27,875 nucleotides of DNA, taken from the NCBI GenBank assembly GCA_034408725.1, contig JAWXCN010000263.1:1-27875 (forward strand), written 5' to 3'. The stretch is from Candidatus Hydrogenedentota bacterium (GTDB lineage Bacteria; Hydrogenedentota; Hydrogenedentia; Hydrogenedentales; SLHB01). Position 1 is the first letter of the stretch; the number at the start of each line of letters is the position of its first letter. Positions 1-8,235 of this stretch are shown here, piece by piece. Under the pieces are notes generated by a model. It had not been told where the DNA came from and did not search any database. It saw only the letters and a list, made by a program, of their open reading frames with translations. The position numbers and the translations under genes are program-made.

Positions 1-618
1 CTTTACAAACCGCTGCATCAGGCCCAGCATCAACAGAGAACTCGCGCCAACGGCAAGGGTTGCAGGTTGAAACGTGTGCGCCGCGGCCGCGTACGCCCCC
101 CATTTTGCGACGAATTCCGCAGGGATCGCCTCGATCCGCAATCCGAAAAATTCGCGCATCTGCGTCGAAAAAATAATGATCGCAATGCCCGAAGTGAAAC
201 CCGTCGTCACCGGGTACGGAATGAACTTGATCATCGCGCCGAACCGGGCGAGCCCCATGACGATCATGATCGCGCCCGCCATCAGCGTCGCCGTTGCAAG
301 GCCCGCAAACCCGTGGCGCGCCGCGATGCTGTACACAATGACGATGAACGCCCCTGTCGGTCCCGCCACCTGGACCCGGCTACCCCCGAACGCCGCTACA
401 ATTAACCCTGCGACGACCGCGGTGTACAGGCCCACCGCGGGCGGGGAGACGCCCTCGCTCGCCGCAACAGATTCGGGAATCGACGCAATGCCAAACGCCA
501 CCGCCAGCGGCAGCGCGATGATCCCCACCGTTACCCCCGCAATGATGTCCTTCGCAACCAACGCGCGCGTGTAGCCTTCGCGCCAACAAATCACGGACTT
601 GGGAAGAAGACGCGGCAC
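1..618 (-). CDS. SulP/SLC26 family anion permease (N-terminal part; runs off the window start)
   Basis: Not in the ORF track. Manual minus-strand translation from GTG at 618 gives VPRLLPKSVICWREGYTRALVAKDIIAGVTVGIIALPLAVAFGIAS...GLYTAVVAGLIVAAFGGSRVQVAGPTGAF...IKFIPYPVTTGFTSGIAIII, which has the SulP signature motifs. The frame stays open to position 1. Confidence 0.92.
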   Translation of the reverse strand, partial: MPRLLPKSVICWREGYTRALVAKDIIAGVTVGIIALPLAVAFGIASIPESVAASEGVSPPAVGLYTAVVAGLIVAAFGGSRVQVAGPTGAFIVIVYSIAARHGFAGLATATLMAGAIMIVMGLARFGAMIKFIPYPVTTGFTSGIAIIIFSTQMREFFGLRIEAIPAEFVAKWGAYAAAAHTFQPATLAVGASSLLMLGLMQRFVK

Positions 619-745
619 AGCTAAACGCCCAACACTGCGGGTGGTACGGGCTGATCACTATGGCGGTGCGCGCTCAAGGCCGAGAGCATACCCCAAATGG
701 GAACGCATCCTGAAACCGGCGGCCAATGCAAAAACGCCTCCTCGG

Positions 746-770
746 GTAGTGCGACAGATATGGTCGCTAC
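746..770. repeat. Short GTAG-type REP-like hairpin
   Basis: GTAG-T-GCGAC-agatatg-GTCGC-TAC; single copy in the window, near the left edge of the low-GC patch. Confidence 0.3.
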
Positions 771-1052
771 GGATGGGGCCGCGGTTTTGGTCTAAACAGG
801 GTGCCCGCTTCGACGCAGGTTTGGCGAGTACGCAATCGTGTTATCAAGAAGTTTCTGTCTGACCTGGGCCAGCAAAATCGCACCCGTGCCCCCGAATCTA
901 ATACCACTCAGGCACGCATTGGGATTCCGCAGCTTATGGGTGTTAAACTCATTGCTAATCACTCGAAAAATCTCCGTTGCAATTCCACGTGAGGTGGCAA
1001 ACGGCGTACAAATTATTTTGAGAATCGTGAGGAAGGTTGCAGGTTAATCCGC

Positions 1053-2321
1053 ATGGGAAAATCCGATAAACATATCGGGAAAGTAATCTCCGAGGCAAAT
1101 AGAAATCCAATTCCGATTCTCTACCCTCCCTCTGGTCGTTTAAAGAAATCGGCTCTTGCCATTGCAAGGTGTATCACCGGTCAAAAGCGGAGACAGGATA
1201 GCACTAGTTTCTCGGAAGCTCCTCGCTTTTTCATTCAAAGTCTGGGCGGAATTGGAAACACGCTCATGGCGACTCCACTGATTGCTGAAGTAAAAAGGAT
1301 TTATCCGCATGCAATGATCGACGTTTACACGACTTCGGCCGCAGCTACGCTTTTGCGACATAATTCAAATGTAAATGCAATTATGGAAGATCGTTCCGTG
1401 CAATCCAATTGGGGCGGTAGATTTGGAAAGATAATGGGCTCCAACTATCTATCTGTCATCGTGCAATTACGAAAAGCTCGGTACGACATCGCGCTACTCG
1501 CCGTTAATTCAATTGACATTAAAAGTGGATTGCGCCCTATTCTGTCGAAGATTCCAACTACAGTGATTCACGGCTATCCGTTTCGGCGAGAAGATGATTA
1601 TACGTTTTTATTTAGTCACATAGTTCCTTATTTGCATCAACATGACTGTGTGTCAAACCTTGATTTGTTAAGAGCCATCACAAATTCTCCCGTATGCAAT
1701 GCCCGAATGGAACTCAATATTCCTGCTCAGTACATCATGAGAGCACAAGGAATTCTGAAAGATAAACGAATAGACGAGAAAGTGCCGATAATAGGGATTT
1801 GTCCTGGTTGTCGCGATTGGGCTCGTGACAAAAGGTGGCCAATCGAAAAATTCGCTCGTTTAGTTAAAGAGGTGTTGTCGATGGATCGCGCCGTACAGAT
1901 CATGGCGGTGTGCGGCCCGCACGAAACGGCGGAAGCCAATGCATTGCAGAAGGCGGTTGTCGATGAACGTTTCGCCGTAGTCAATGATATTGATATATTG
2001 GATTTTGCAGCTGTATTGCAGAGATGCGCCGCAGTGGTTACCAACGATAGTTTGCCGATGCATCTTTGCTCATCGTTGAGTGTCCCTGTCGTTGCGCTTT
2101 TTGGTCCTACTGATCCCATTCGAGTGGGGCCGTGGTTATGTCCGTCGTCGGTTCTGAGTTCCACGGCAGAATACGCGCCCTACTTCAACATGCCTTACTT
2201 TAGCGATTTGGGAGTAGGTGATAATTGTATTGATACGATAGAAGTGGAGCATGTCTTGAGTGCCGTGATGAAATTACGCGAAGACCACGCGGCTTTAACT
2301 GAACGTGAGGTAGGTATATGA
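1053..2321 (+). CDS. Glycosyltransferase family 9 (ADP-heptose:LPS heptosyltransferase-like)
   Basis: GT9 motifs: SLGGIGNTLMATPLI, IGICPG...KRWPIEKFARL, VVTNDSLPMHL, PVVALFGPTDP. Confidence 0.9.
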   Translation: MGKSDKHIGKVISEANRNPIPILYPPSGRLKKSALAIARCITGQKRRQDSTSFSEAPRFFIQSLGGIGNTLMATPLIAEVKRIYPHAMIDVYTTSAAATLLRHNSNVNAIMEDRSVQSNWGGRFGKIMGSNYLSVIVQLRKARYDIALLAVNSIDIKSGLRPILSKIPTTVIHGYPFRREDDYTFLFSHIVPYLHQHDCVSNLDLLRAITNSPVCNARMELNIPAQYIMRAQGILKDKRIDEKVPIIGICPGCRDWARDKRWPIEKFARLVKEVLSMDRAVQIMAVCGPHETAEANALQKAVVDERFAVVNDIDILDFAAVLQRCAAVVTNDSLPMHLCSSLSVPVVALFGPTDPIRVGPWLCPSSVLSSTAEYAPYFNMPYFSDLGVGDNCIDTIEVEHVLSAVMKLREDHAALTEREVGI

Positions 2322-2944
2322 AATTGAAGAATAGACTGCAAGCGATCTATTGGCAGACGTTCCCGCATTATATTTATACGGTTTACAAGGCATATCGAGC
2401 TGGCGTCGGCATACCCGTGCCAAAAAAACTAAAAATACGTACAATTGAAGAATATGCGCGTCGGTTTGAATTGAAGGTTTTCGTTGAAACTGGAACGTAT
2501 AAAGGCGATACGATTCAGGCAACAAGGCACCTATTCGATGAGGTACATTCCATCGAACTCAGCGAGAGACTTGCATCGGATGCGACTCTGCGATTCACTC
2601 ATGATCCGCGAATAACGATTCATCAAGGTGACAGCGGGGAAAAGCTTAGTCAAGTTCTCAGCAATCTCACCAGGCCAACACTGTTTTGGCTTGACGCTCA
2701 TTATTCGGCAGGCGTAACCGCCCGGGGCGAACTTGATTCACCTATTATGCAGGAATTAGATGCAATCATTAATCATGGCGTCCATGGCCATATGATCCTA
2801 ATTGATGATGCTCGAGAATTCACTGGCGACAATGGCTATCCGACAATTGACCAGTTGTACGATTTTGTAATCGAAAAAATGCGTGGCTGGCGCATTCTTG
2901 CATACAACGATGTAATTAGAATCTGGCACCCGGATCCAGAATAA
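2318..2944 (+). CDS. Class I SAM-dependent methyltransferase-like protein of the type found in surface-polysaccharide loci
   Basis: Motifs VFVETGTYKGDT, VHSIELS, IHQGDS, LFWLDAHYS and ILIDDAR. ATGA overlap with the GT9 stop suggests translational coupling. Confidence 0.75.
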   Translation: MKLKNRLQAIYWQTFPHYIYTVYKAYRAGVGIPVPKKLKIRTIEEYARRFELKVFVETGTYKGDTIQATRHLFDEVHSIELSERLASDATLRFTHDPRITIHQGDSGEKLSQVLSNLTRPTLFWLDAHYSAGVTARGELDSPIMQELDAIINHGVHGHMILIDDAREFTGDNGYPTIDQLYDFVIEKMRGWRILAYNDVIRIWHPDPE

Positions 2945-2957
2945 TAGGAGCCTTCTA

Positions 2958-3926
2958 TCAAAATTGAGAACCTATCACCGCACCATCTCCATTTGCGGTC
3001 GGTAGAGTGGAATTGACCTTTAAAGTGCCGTCATCCTCGACGAACAGATACCAAATTGTCCCATTCGGCGACGCAAGTTTTATACTGCCAGGCGTATTGC
3101 CCCCGTCTCCTCGCGTCAGTGTAAGAATTCCTCGTGTAATGCTATCTTCTCCTGCAGTAACATCCCCGCCTTTTATTATGGCATCGCCAGAAGAAACCGC
3201 GTTGCCGGAGTTGTGATCAACTTCAAATTTGCTTGCACCGCTACTGTTGCGAAGATAAGTAGTCGGGTTTGTTCCAGCTTTAACTTCAAAAACACTGGTT
3301 GCCGTTCCGTCTCCGCGTCTAAGCAGAAAGCCAACATATCCTGATGTGCTTGTTGATCGGAAAAAATCGACCGAAGCTTGACCAACACCATCTTGTGGAA
3401 CCGGTTGAAAGCGAACGCTTGCATTTCCGGACGAACGTGTGTGAAAAAACTGTAATTGTGCTGCTGTTCCATTCGCGTCGAAATTTGCATTGCTGCCTGA
3501 CATAAATATTGATCCGGTGAAAGTGCCATTGGTAAATGTGCCGGAGTTCGGTGTTGTGGAGCCGATGGCGCCGGGTGTATTCCAGGGGATGGTGCTATTG
3601 GTGAGCAGTGGTCCGGTTGTGGCGCCGTTGATTTGGGCGTGGACGCCGGTGGTGGTTGTCCAGAGATCGCCATTTACCGGGGTGGTGGGAGCAGTGCCGT
3701 GGGGCAAGGAGATGCTTGCGCGCGCGGTTGAGGATGCTCCGGTGGTGAGTTTCCCGGTGGTTTGGATGTTGCCGGATTTGTCGATGTCGGTTCCGCCGTC
3801 GATGGAATCTGCGATGCCGCCGCCTATGACGAGTTCTTCGATGTAGCGTGGGGTTGGGCCGACCGCGGCAAGGGACACGATTGCGACGAGTGTTACAGCG
3901 GCGGCGGCAATCCATTTATTGGACAT
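2958..3926 (-). CDS. Secreted Gly/Thr/Ser/Asn-rich protein with phage tail-fibre-like motifs
   Basis: Preferred start ATG 3926 with AGGAGG RBS. N-terminus MSNKWIAAAAVTLVAIVSLAA looks like a signal peptide. Motifs GTAPTTPVNGDLWTTTTG, GAIGSTTPNSGTFT and C-terminal IKLASPNGTIWYLFVEDDGTLK resemble beta-rich trimeric fibre segments. Confidence 0.7.
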   Translation of the reverse strand: MSNKWIAAAAVTLVAIVSLAAVGPTPRYIEELVIGGGIADSIDGGTDIDKSGNIQTTGKLTTGASSTARASISLPHGTAPTTPVNGDLWTTTTGVHAQINGATTGPLLTNSTIPWNTPGAIGSTTPNSGTFTNGTFTGSIFMSGSNANFDANGTAAQLQFFHTRSSGNASVRFQPVPQDGVGQASVDFFRSTSTSGYVGFLLRRGDGTATSVFEVKAGTNPTTYLRNSSGASKFEVDHNSGNAVSSGDAIIKGGDVTAGEDSITRGILTLTRGDGGNTPGSIKLASPNGTIWYLFVEDDGTLKVNSTLPTANGDGAVIGSQF

Positions 3927-4016
3927 GACTGGGGTTCCTCCTGGGCTGGTTGGGCGTTGGGCGCCGATAAAAGCCTTCAATGATTAAGGGCAGGGTGTTG
4001 CACTGTGGGGAAGAAA

Positions 4017-4047
4017 GGGAGTGAGGAAGTGAGGAAGTGAGGGAGTG
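4017..4047. repeat. 8-nt tandem repeat (GGRAGTGA)x~4
   Basis: gggagtga ggaagtga ggaagtga gggagtg read directly. Confidence 0.85.
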
Positions 4048-4095
4048 CTTCCCGGCGGTGCTTGCTCATAGGGGTGTACGCACAACAAGGGTTGA

Positions 4096-4332
4096 CCATC
4101 TGTGATGAGCAGCCAAAGCGGCGCCTTGGGGGCCGCCGCAGTCTAAATAGGCTTTCTACTAAAACCTGGTGTTTGGAATGAGGACTATTTGGACTGCGGT
4201 GGCGGAGCGGATAGCGTAGACACCGCTTTGGCTGTTTATGGTCTATGACTTCGTGCGCGCATGGTAAGGGAAGGCCATCTGTGATGAGCAGCCAAAGCAG
4301 CGCCTTGGGGGCCGCCGCAGTCCAAATAGGCT
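4096..4332. repeat. REP/BIME-like cluster: direct-inverted-direct copies of a CAGCCAAAGCGG...GCCRCCGCAGTCCAAATAG element
   Basis: 58-bp direct repeat at 4096-4153 and 4275-4332 (2 mismatches). An inverted variant with a different central loop lies at 4185-4234. Confidence 0.85.
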
Positions 4333-4343
4333 CGCAGAAAATT

Positions 4344-4379
4344 GAAAAAGGCCAGCCGGGTTGCGGGCTGGCCTTTTTC
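4344..4379. terminator. Intrinsic (bidirectional-looking) terminator
   Basis: GAAAAAGGCCAGCC-gggttgcg-GGCTGGCCTTTTTC, a perfect 14-bp inverted repeat with A/T tails, 15 nt downstream of the DUF4189-like gene stop. Confidence 0.85.
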
Positions 4380-4393
4380 GCGCACGAATACTT

Positions 4394-4873
4394 TTAGTTC
4401 GATGACGCGCTGAATGAGCTGCCGCGGTTTTTGCCTTTTTCCCCGCCGGCTTTCCCGATAGTGTCTTCAAAGAGATCGACGATTTGGCAGTTTGTGCCGC
4501 CGGAGTCGCGGCATTCGCGCTTTGCTACGCGCTTGGCTTTTTTCTTTTTGTTGTACCCGAGCGAACCGCCGAGCCACCATGCTCCTCCGCCTTCATCGGA
4601 GAAGGCCACCGCGCCCCAACCGCCGTTCTCGTTCCCGAACCAGAATTCGGGATTGTCAGAACCGTTGCTGGCGCAGTCCGCAATTGCCGCGGCGCTTGCA
4701 GTCGCTTCGTCAACGCCGATGCCGTGGCCCGTCACACCGCTCTCGGGGTCCAGCGCGAGCGCGGCAGCGGCCCAGACTTCCACGCACACGAAGCACAGGC
4801 AGGTGATTACCGCGAGCGATTTCCACCAACCAGTTGCCTTGCCCGTTTCAATTTCATCGTGATCGTACGCCAT
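4394..4873 (-). CDS. Secreted DUF4189-like small protein
   Basis: ATG 4873 with AAGGAGG RBS and a hydrophobic N-terminal segment. Twice-repeated pattern (A-ALA...G...A...A...C...G): ATASAAAIADCASNG and WGAVA...AKRVAKRECRDSGGTNCQIV. Confidence 0.7.
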   Translation of the reverse strand: MAYDHDEIETGKATGWWKSLAVITCLCFVCVEVWAAAALALDPESGVTGHGIGVDEATASAAAIADCASNGSDNPEFWFGNENGGWGAVAFSDEGGGAWWLGGSLGYNKKKKAKRVAKRECRDSGGTNCQIVDLFEDTIGKAGGEKGKNRGSSFSASSN

Positions 4874-4997
4874 TCCGAATTCCTCCTTGCTAAAGATGGT
4901 TTCCCCGCTAGAACCGCACATTGAATACCGCAACACACATTTTGCACTACCAAAACCCATTTGTCGAGGGTGCAATTCCCGAATGGGCAGCCGGCAA

Positions 4998-5795
4998 TCA
5001 AGCGACGATGGCGGCGTGGGGGACGAGGGAAGTCTCGATGAACACGAGTGCGAACTGGGCGACCATGAGACCGTCGATCAGCATTTTCTGGGCGGAAAGC
5101 AAGGGAACGCCGGAGATTACTTTGCGCACGGCCCATGCGCAGGCCCCCAGGGAGGCCAGCAGCGCGAGCGCCGCCGCGACGGTGTAATGGCCAAACACGA
5201 GATTAAGGGCGACGCAGGCCGCTGACACGGCAAGCGCGGCGTCGATGGCCTGCAGCGTCCGGTGTTTGCCGAAACGCGTGGCGACCGTATGGAAGCCATA
5301 GCGCCGGTCGTCCTCCCGGTCGCAGAGGTCGTAGGCGAGTGCGAGAGCGGCAATGAACGAGGCGCGGCCGATTGCAAGTACGACGGCCGTGCCCCAAAGT
5401 TCGATGGGCAACGGAAGCAGGACCGTCACCGCGGACCACGCGAGCGCGATTGCAAGCGGCTTTATCATGAGCATCGAGCGCAACCCGGTATTTCCTGGGG
5501 TGTGCGCCCCGTAATAAAGTGCCCATATCCCGGCAGGCACGAGGGCTGTCCATTGCGCGGCGGCGGGCATGTTAAGAAAGCAGAGCACGGCGGCGAGGCC
5601 CGAAATCGCGGCAAGCCTGCGCGAGACGGGGCCCGTGCGAATGACGTTGTAGGCGAATACTGCGCCGCTAAACACGGCTCCCTCGACCCAACCCAGTTCA
5701 AGAGATTGCCCGAAGAGGAGCCGGGTTTGTTGCACGAGGGCTACGGCGCAACACCCGATCCAGCAGTAGCGGGCAAGGAGGAGAAAGATTGTCAT
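4998..5795 (-). CDS. UbiA-superfamily prenyltransferase-like integral membrane protein
   Basis: Multiple hydrophobic helices; Asp-rich second motif YDLCDREDDRRYGFHTVATRFG (D..D...D...G..T). The first Asp-rich motif is degenerate. Confidence 0.65.
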   Translation of the reverse strand: MTIFLLLARYCWIGCCAVALVQQTRLLFGQSLELGWVEGAVFSGAVFAYNVIRTGPVSRRLAAISGLAAVLCFLNMPAAAQWTALVPAGIWALYYGAHTPGNTGLRSMLMIKPLAIALAWSAVTVLLPLPIELWGTAVVLAIGRASFIAALALAYDLCDREDDRRYGFHTVATRFGKHRTLQAIDAALAVSAACVALNLVFGHYTVAAALALLASLGACAWAVRKVISGVPLLSAQKMLIDGLMVAQFALVFIETSLVPHAAIVA

Positions 5796-5807
5796 CGGAC
5801 TACCAGG

Positions 5808-5861
5808 TTGGACTCCATTTCGTTAAGAGGATATTATAGGCCCTATTTAGCGGCAGGGCAA
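5808..5861. promoter_or_regulatory. Overlapping divergent sigma70-like promoters (aconitase / UbiA-like gene)
   Basis: Plus strand: TTGGAC(5808)-18-TATTAT(5832). Minus strand: TTGCCC(5861)-17-TATAAT(5838-5833). The two -10 boxes overlap. Confidence 0.5.
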
Positions 5862-5878
5862 CGGTGAAGGACGGAGCA

Positions 5879-8152
5879 ATGGCCTTTGATTTGGAGATGA
5901 TTCAGCAGGTGTACGCGGGGTTAGCGGATCGCGTGGCCAAGGCGCGCACGCTGTTGGGCAGGCCGCTAACCCTGACGGAGAAGGTGCTGTACGCGCACCT
6001 TTTTCATAATGCGTTTCCGGCATCGCCGTTCACCCGCGGCGATTCCTACGTCGATTTCGCGCCCGACCGCGTCGCGATGCAGGACGCGACCGCGCAGATG
6101 GCGCTGCTCCAGTTCATGCAGGCGGGCCGTGCGAAAACGGCGGTGCCTTCGACGGTGCATTGCGACCACCTGATCCAGGCCAAGGCCGGCGCCGAAGAAG
6201 ACCTCAAGGCCGCGCTTGGCCAGAACAAGGAAGTCTATGATTTCCTTGCCTCAGTCTCGAATAAATATGGCATCGGGTTTTGGAAGCCTGGCGCGGGCAT
6301 CATTCATCAAGTCGTGCTTGAAAACTATGCGTTCCCCGGCGGCATGCTGATCGGCACCGATTCGCATACGGTAAACGCGGGCGGACTCGGCATGATCGCG
6401 ATTGGCGTCGGCGGCGCGGACGCAGTGGACGTGATGGCCGGCATGGCGTGGGAACTCAAGTTTCCAAAGCTGATCGGCGTTCACCTGACGGGCACACTCA
6501 ACGGTTGGACCTCGTCGAAAGACGTCATACTCAAGGTTGCCGGCATTCTCACGGTCAAAGGCGGCACAGGCGCAATCCTCGAATACTTCGGGCCGGGTGC
6601 GGAATCGATGTCATGCACGGGTAAGGGCACGGTTTGCAACATGGGCGCGGAAATCGGCGCCACGACTTCGATCTTTAGCTTCGACGATTCCATGGTGCGT
6701 TACCTGAACTCGACGGACCGGGCCGACGTGGCCAAGGCAGCAGAAGCCGTGCGCGAGCACCTGCGCGGCGATGCGGAGGTGTACAGCGATCCGGGCAACT
6801 ACTTTGATCAGGTCATAGAGATCAACCTGAGCGAACTCGAGCCACACGTCAACGGACCGTTCACTCCGGACCTTGCGTGGCCCATATCGAAGCTGGGCGC
6901 GGCTGCGAAGGAAAAAGGATGGCCGGTCGAGATCGAAGTGGGCCTCATCGGCTCATGTACGAATTCGTCCTACGAAGACCTCACGCGCGCGGCATCCGTG
7001 GCGCGCGAGGCGCGCGAACATGGTGTGAAAGCGAAATCGGAATACACGGTTACGCCGGGGTCCGAGCAGGTGCGCTATACCGTCGAGCGCGACGGAATTC
7101 TGGAAGAATTCGAGAGTATCGGCGGGGTAGTGCTTGCGAATGCGTGCGGCCCGTGTATCGGCCAGTGGGCACGGCATCGAAGCGGTGGCGACGATCAGCC
7201 GAATACAATTGTGACATCGTTCAACCGGAACTTTGCCAAACGAAACGATGGCAACCCGAAAACACATGCGTTTGTCACGTCACCGGAATTAACCACGGCG
7301 CTGGCGCTGGCCGGACGTCTCGATTTCAATCCGTTGACCGACACGCTGACGGGCAGTGACGGAAAACCCTTCAAGTTGACGCCACCGTCGGGTGAGGAAC
7401 TACCGAAGAAGGGATTCGCATGCGAGGACCCTGGCTATGTCGCGCCCGCAGCGGACGGGAGCAAAGTGGACGTCAGCGTTAAGCCAGGCTCGGACCGGCT
7501 GCAATTGCTTGATCCATTTGCGAAGTGGGAAGGCGGCGACATCAAAGGGCTCAAGTTGTTGTTGAAGGCGAAGGGGAAGTGTACGACCGACCATATTTCG
7601 ATGGCGGGGCCGTGGCTGAAGTATCGCGGCCATCTCGACAACATCTCGAATAATATGTTCATCGGCGCGATCAACGCCTTCAACGATACCGCGAATTCCG
7701 TCAAGAACCAGCTTACCGGCGTGTACGGTGAAGTGCCGGCGACGCAGCGCGCATACAAGGCGTCGGGAATTGGTTCGATTGTTGTCGGCGATGAAAACTA
7801 CGGGGAAGGGTCGTCGCGTGAACACGCGGCGATGGAGCCGCGGCATTTGGGCGTGCGCGCGATCCTCGTGCGGTCGTTCGCGCGCATCCACGAGACGAAC
7901 CTGAAAAAACAGGGAATGCTCGGACTGACCTTCGCGGATAAAGCGGATTACGACAAGATTCGGGAAGACGACGTAATCGATATCGCGGGCCTGAAAACGT
8001 TTGCGCCGGATGAACCGCTGACCGTCGTGCTGCACCACAGCGACGGCACGACGGATTCGTTTCCCGTGAACCACACGTATAACAGGAACCAAATCGAATG
8101 GTTCAAAGCAGGCGGCGCGCTGAACCTGATCCGCGCGGGAGTGAAGGCGTAG
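5879..8152 (+). CDS. Aconitate hydratase, mitochondrial-type (~757 aa)
   Basis: Motifs [49 protein letters not shown] and [12 protein letters not shown]. Start MAFDLEMI at 5879 after GGAG. Confidence 0.96.
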   Translation: MAFDLEMIQQVYAGLADRVAKARTLLGRPLTLTEKVLYAHLFHNAFPASPFTRGDSYVDFAPDRVAMQDATAQMALLQFMQAGRAKTAVPSTVHCDHLIQAKAGAEEDLKAALGQNKEVYDFLASVSNKYGIGFWKPGAGIIHQVVLENYAFPGGMLIGTDSHTVNAGGLGMIAIGVGGADAVDVMAGMAWELKFPKLIGVHLTGTLNGWTSSKDVILKVAGILTVKGGTGAILEYFGPGAESMSCTGKGTVCNMGAEIGATTSIFSFDDSMVRYLNSTDRADVAKAAEAVREHLRGDAEVYSDPGNYFDQVIEINLSELEPHVNGPFTPDLAWPISKLGAAAKEKGWPVEIEVGLIGSCTNSSYEDLTRAASVAREAREHGVKAKSEYTVTPGSEQVRYTVERDGILEEFESIGGVVLANACGPCIGQWARHRSGGDDQPNTIVTSFNRNFAKRNDGNPKTHAFVTSPELTTALALAGRLDFNPLTDTLTGSDGKPFKLTPPSGEELPKKGFACEDPGYVAPAADGSKVDVSVKPGSDRLQLLDPFAKWEGGDIKGLKLLLKAKGKCTTDHISMAGPWLKYRGHLDNISNNMFIGAINAFNDTANSVKNQLTGVYGEVPATQRAYKASGIGSIVVGDENYGEGSSREHAAMEPRHLGVRAILVRSFARIHETNLKKQGMLGLTFADKADYDKIREDDVIDIAGLKTFAPDEPLTVVLHHSDGTTDSFPVNHTYNRNQIEWFKAGGALNLIRAGVKA

Positions 8153-8177
8153 ATGCTGGTCCGCCGGATACGCACCG

Positions 8178-8235
8178 ATGAAATTCGAATGGGATTCCAA
8201 AAAAGTGAAACGGAAAGATATATGAAGAAGCGTAA
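8178..8235 (+). pseudogene. Collapsed BrnT-like toxin remnant
   Basis: ATG 8178 reads MKFEWDSKK, the typical BrnT start. About 10 nt later, in another frame, KIYEEA-TAA (8235) is the typical BrnT end overlapping the antitoxin ATG. The core of the gene is absent. Confidence 0.7.

Larger units (their letters stand above)
830..3530. other. Low-GC patch (probable horizontally acquired segment)
   Basis: Hand counts of 60-nt lines: 24/60 GC at 1561, 24/60 at 3241 and 23/60 at 3481, versus 37/60 at 3541 and 38/60 at 3661. Some lines inside are higher (35/60 at 3061). Boundaries are approximate. Confidence 0.7.

Noticed and set aside
67-658. ORF-track calls 67-405, 74-574 and 380-658
   Set aside because: The real gene is SulP in a different minus-strand frame that runs off the window.
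2958-3530. Diversity-generating retroelement target in the fibre tip
   Set aside because: I saw no template-repeat copy of this region and no reverse transcriptase in the window.
4096-4332. Possible mini-CRISPR (repeat-spacer-repeat)
   Set aside because: The repeats are 58 bp, the 121-bp interval contains an inverted copy of the same element, and there are no cas genes.
620-4390. Intact prophage or tRNA-anchored integrative island
   Set aside because: No integrase, capsid, terminase, tRNA or flanking att-like direct repeats were detectable by eye.
4874-4997. c-di-GMP-I riboswitch upstream of the DUF4189-like gene (TAGCGGGG..ACC resemblance)
   Set aside because: The conserved GCAAACC...GACGCAAA core is missing.
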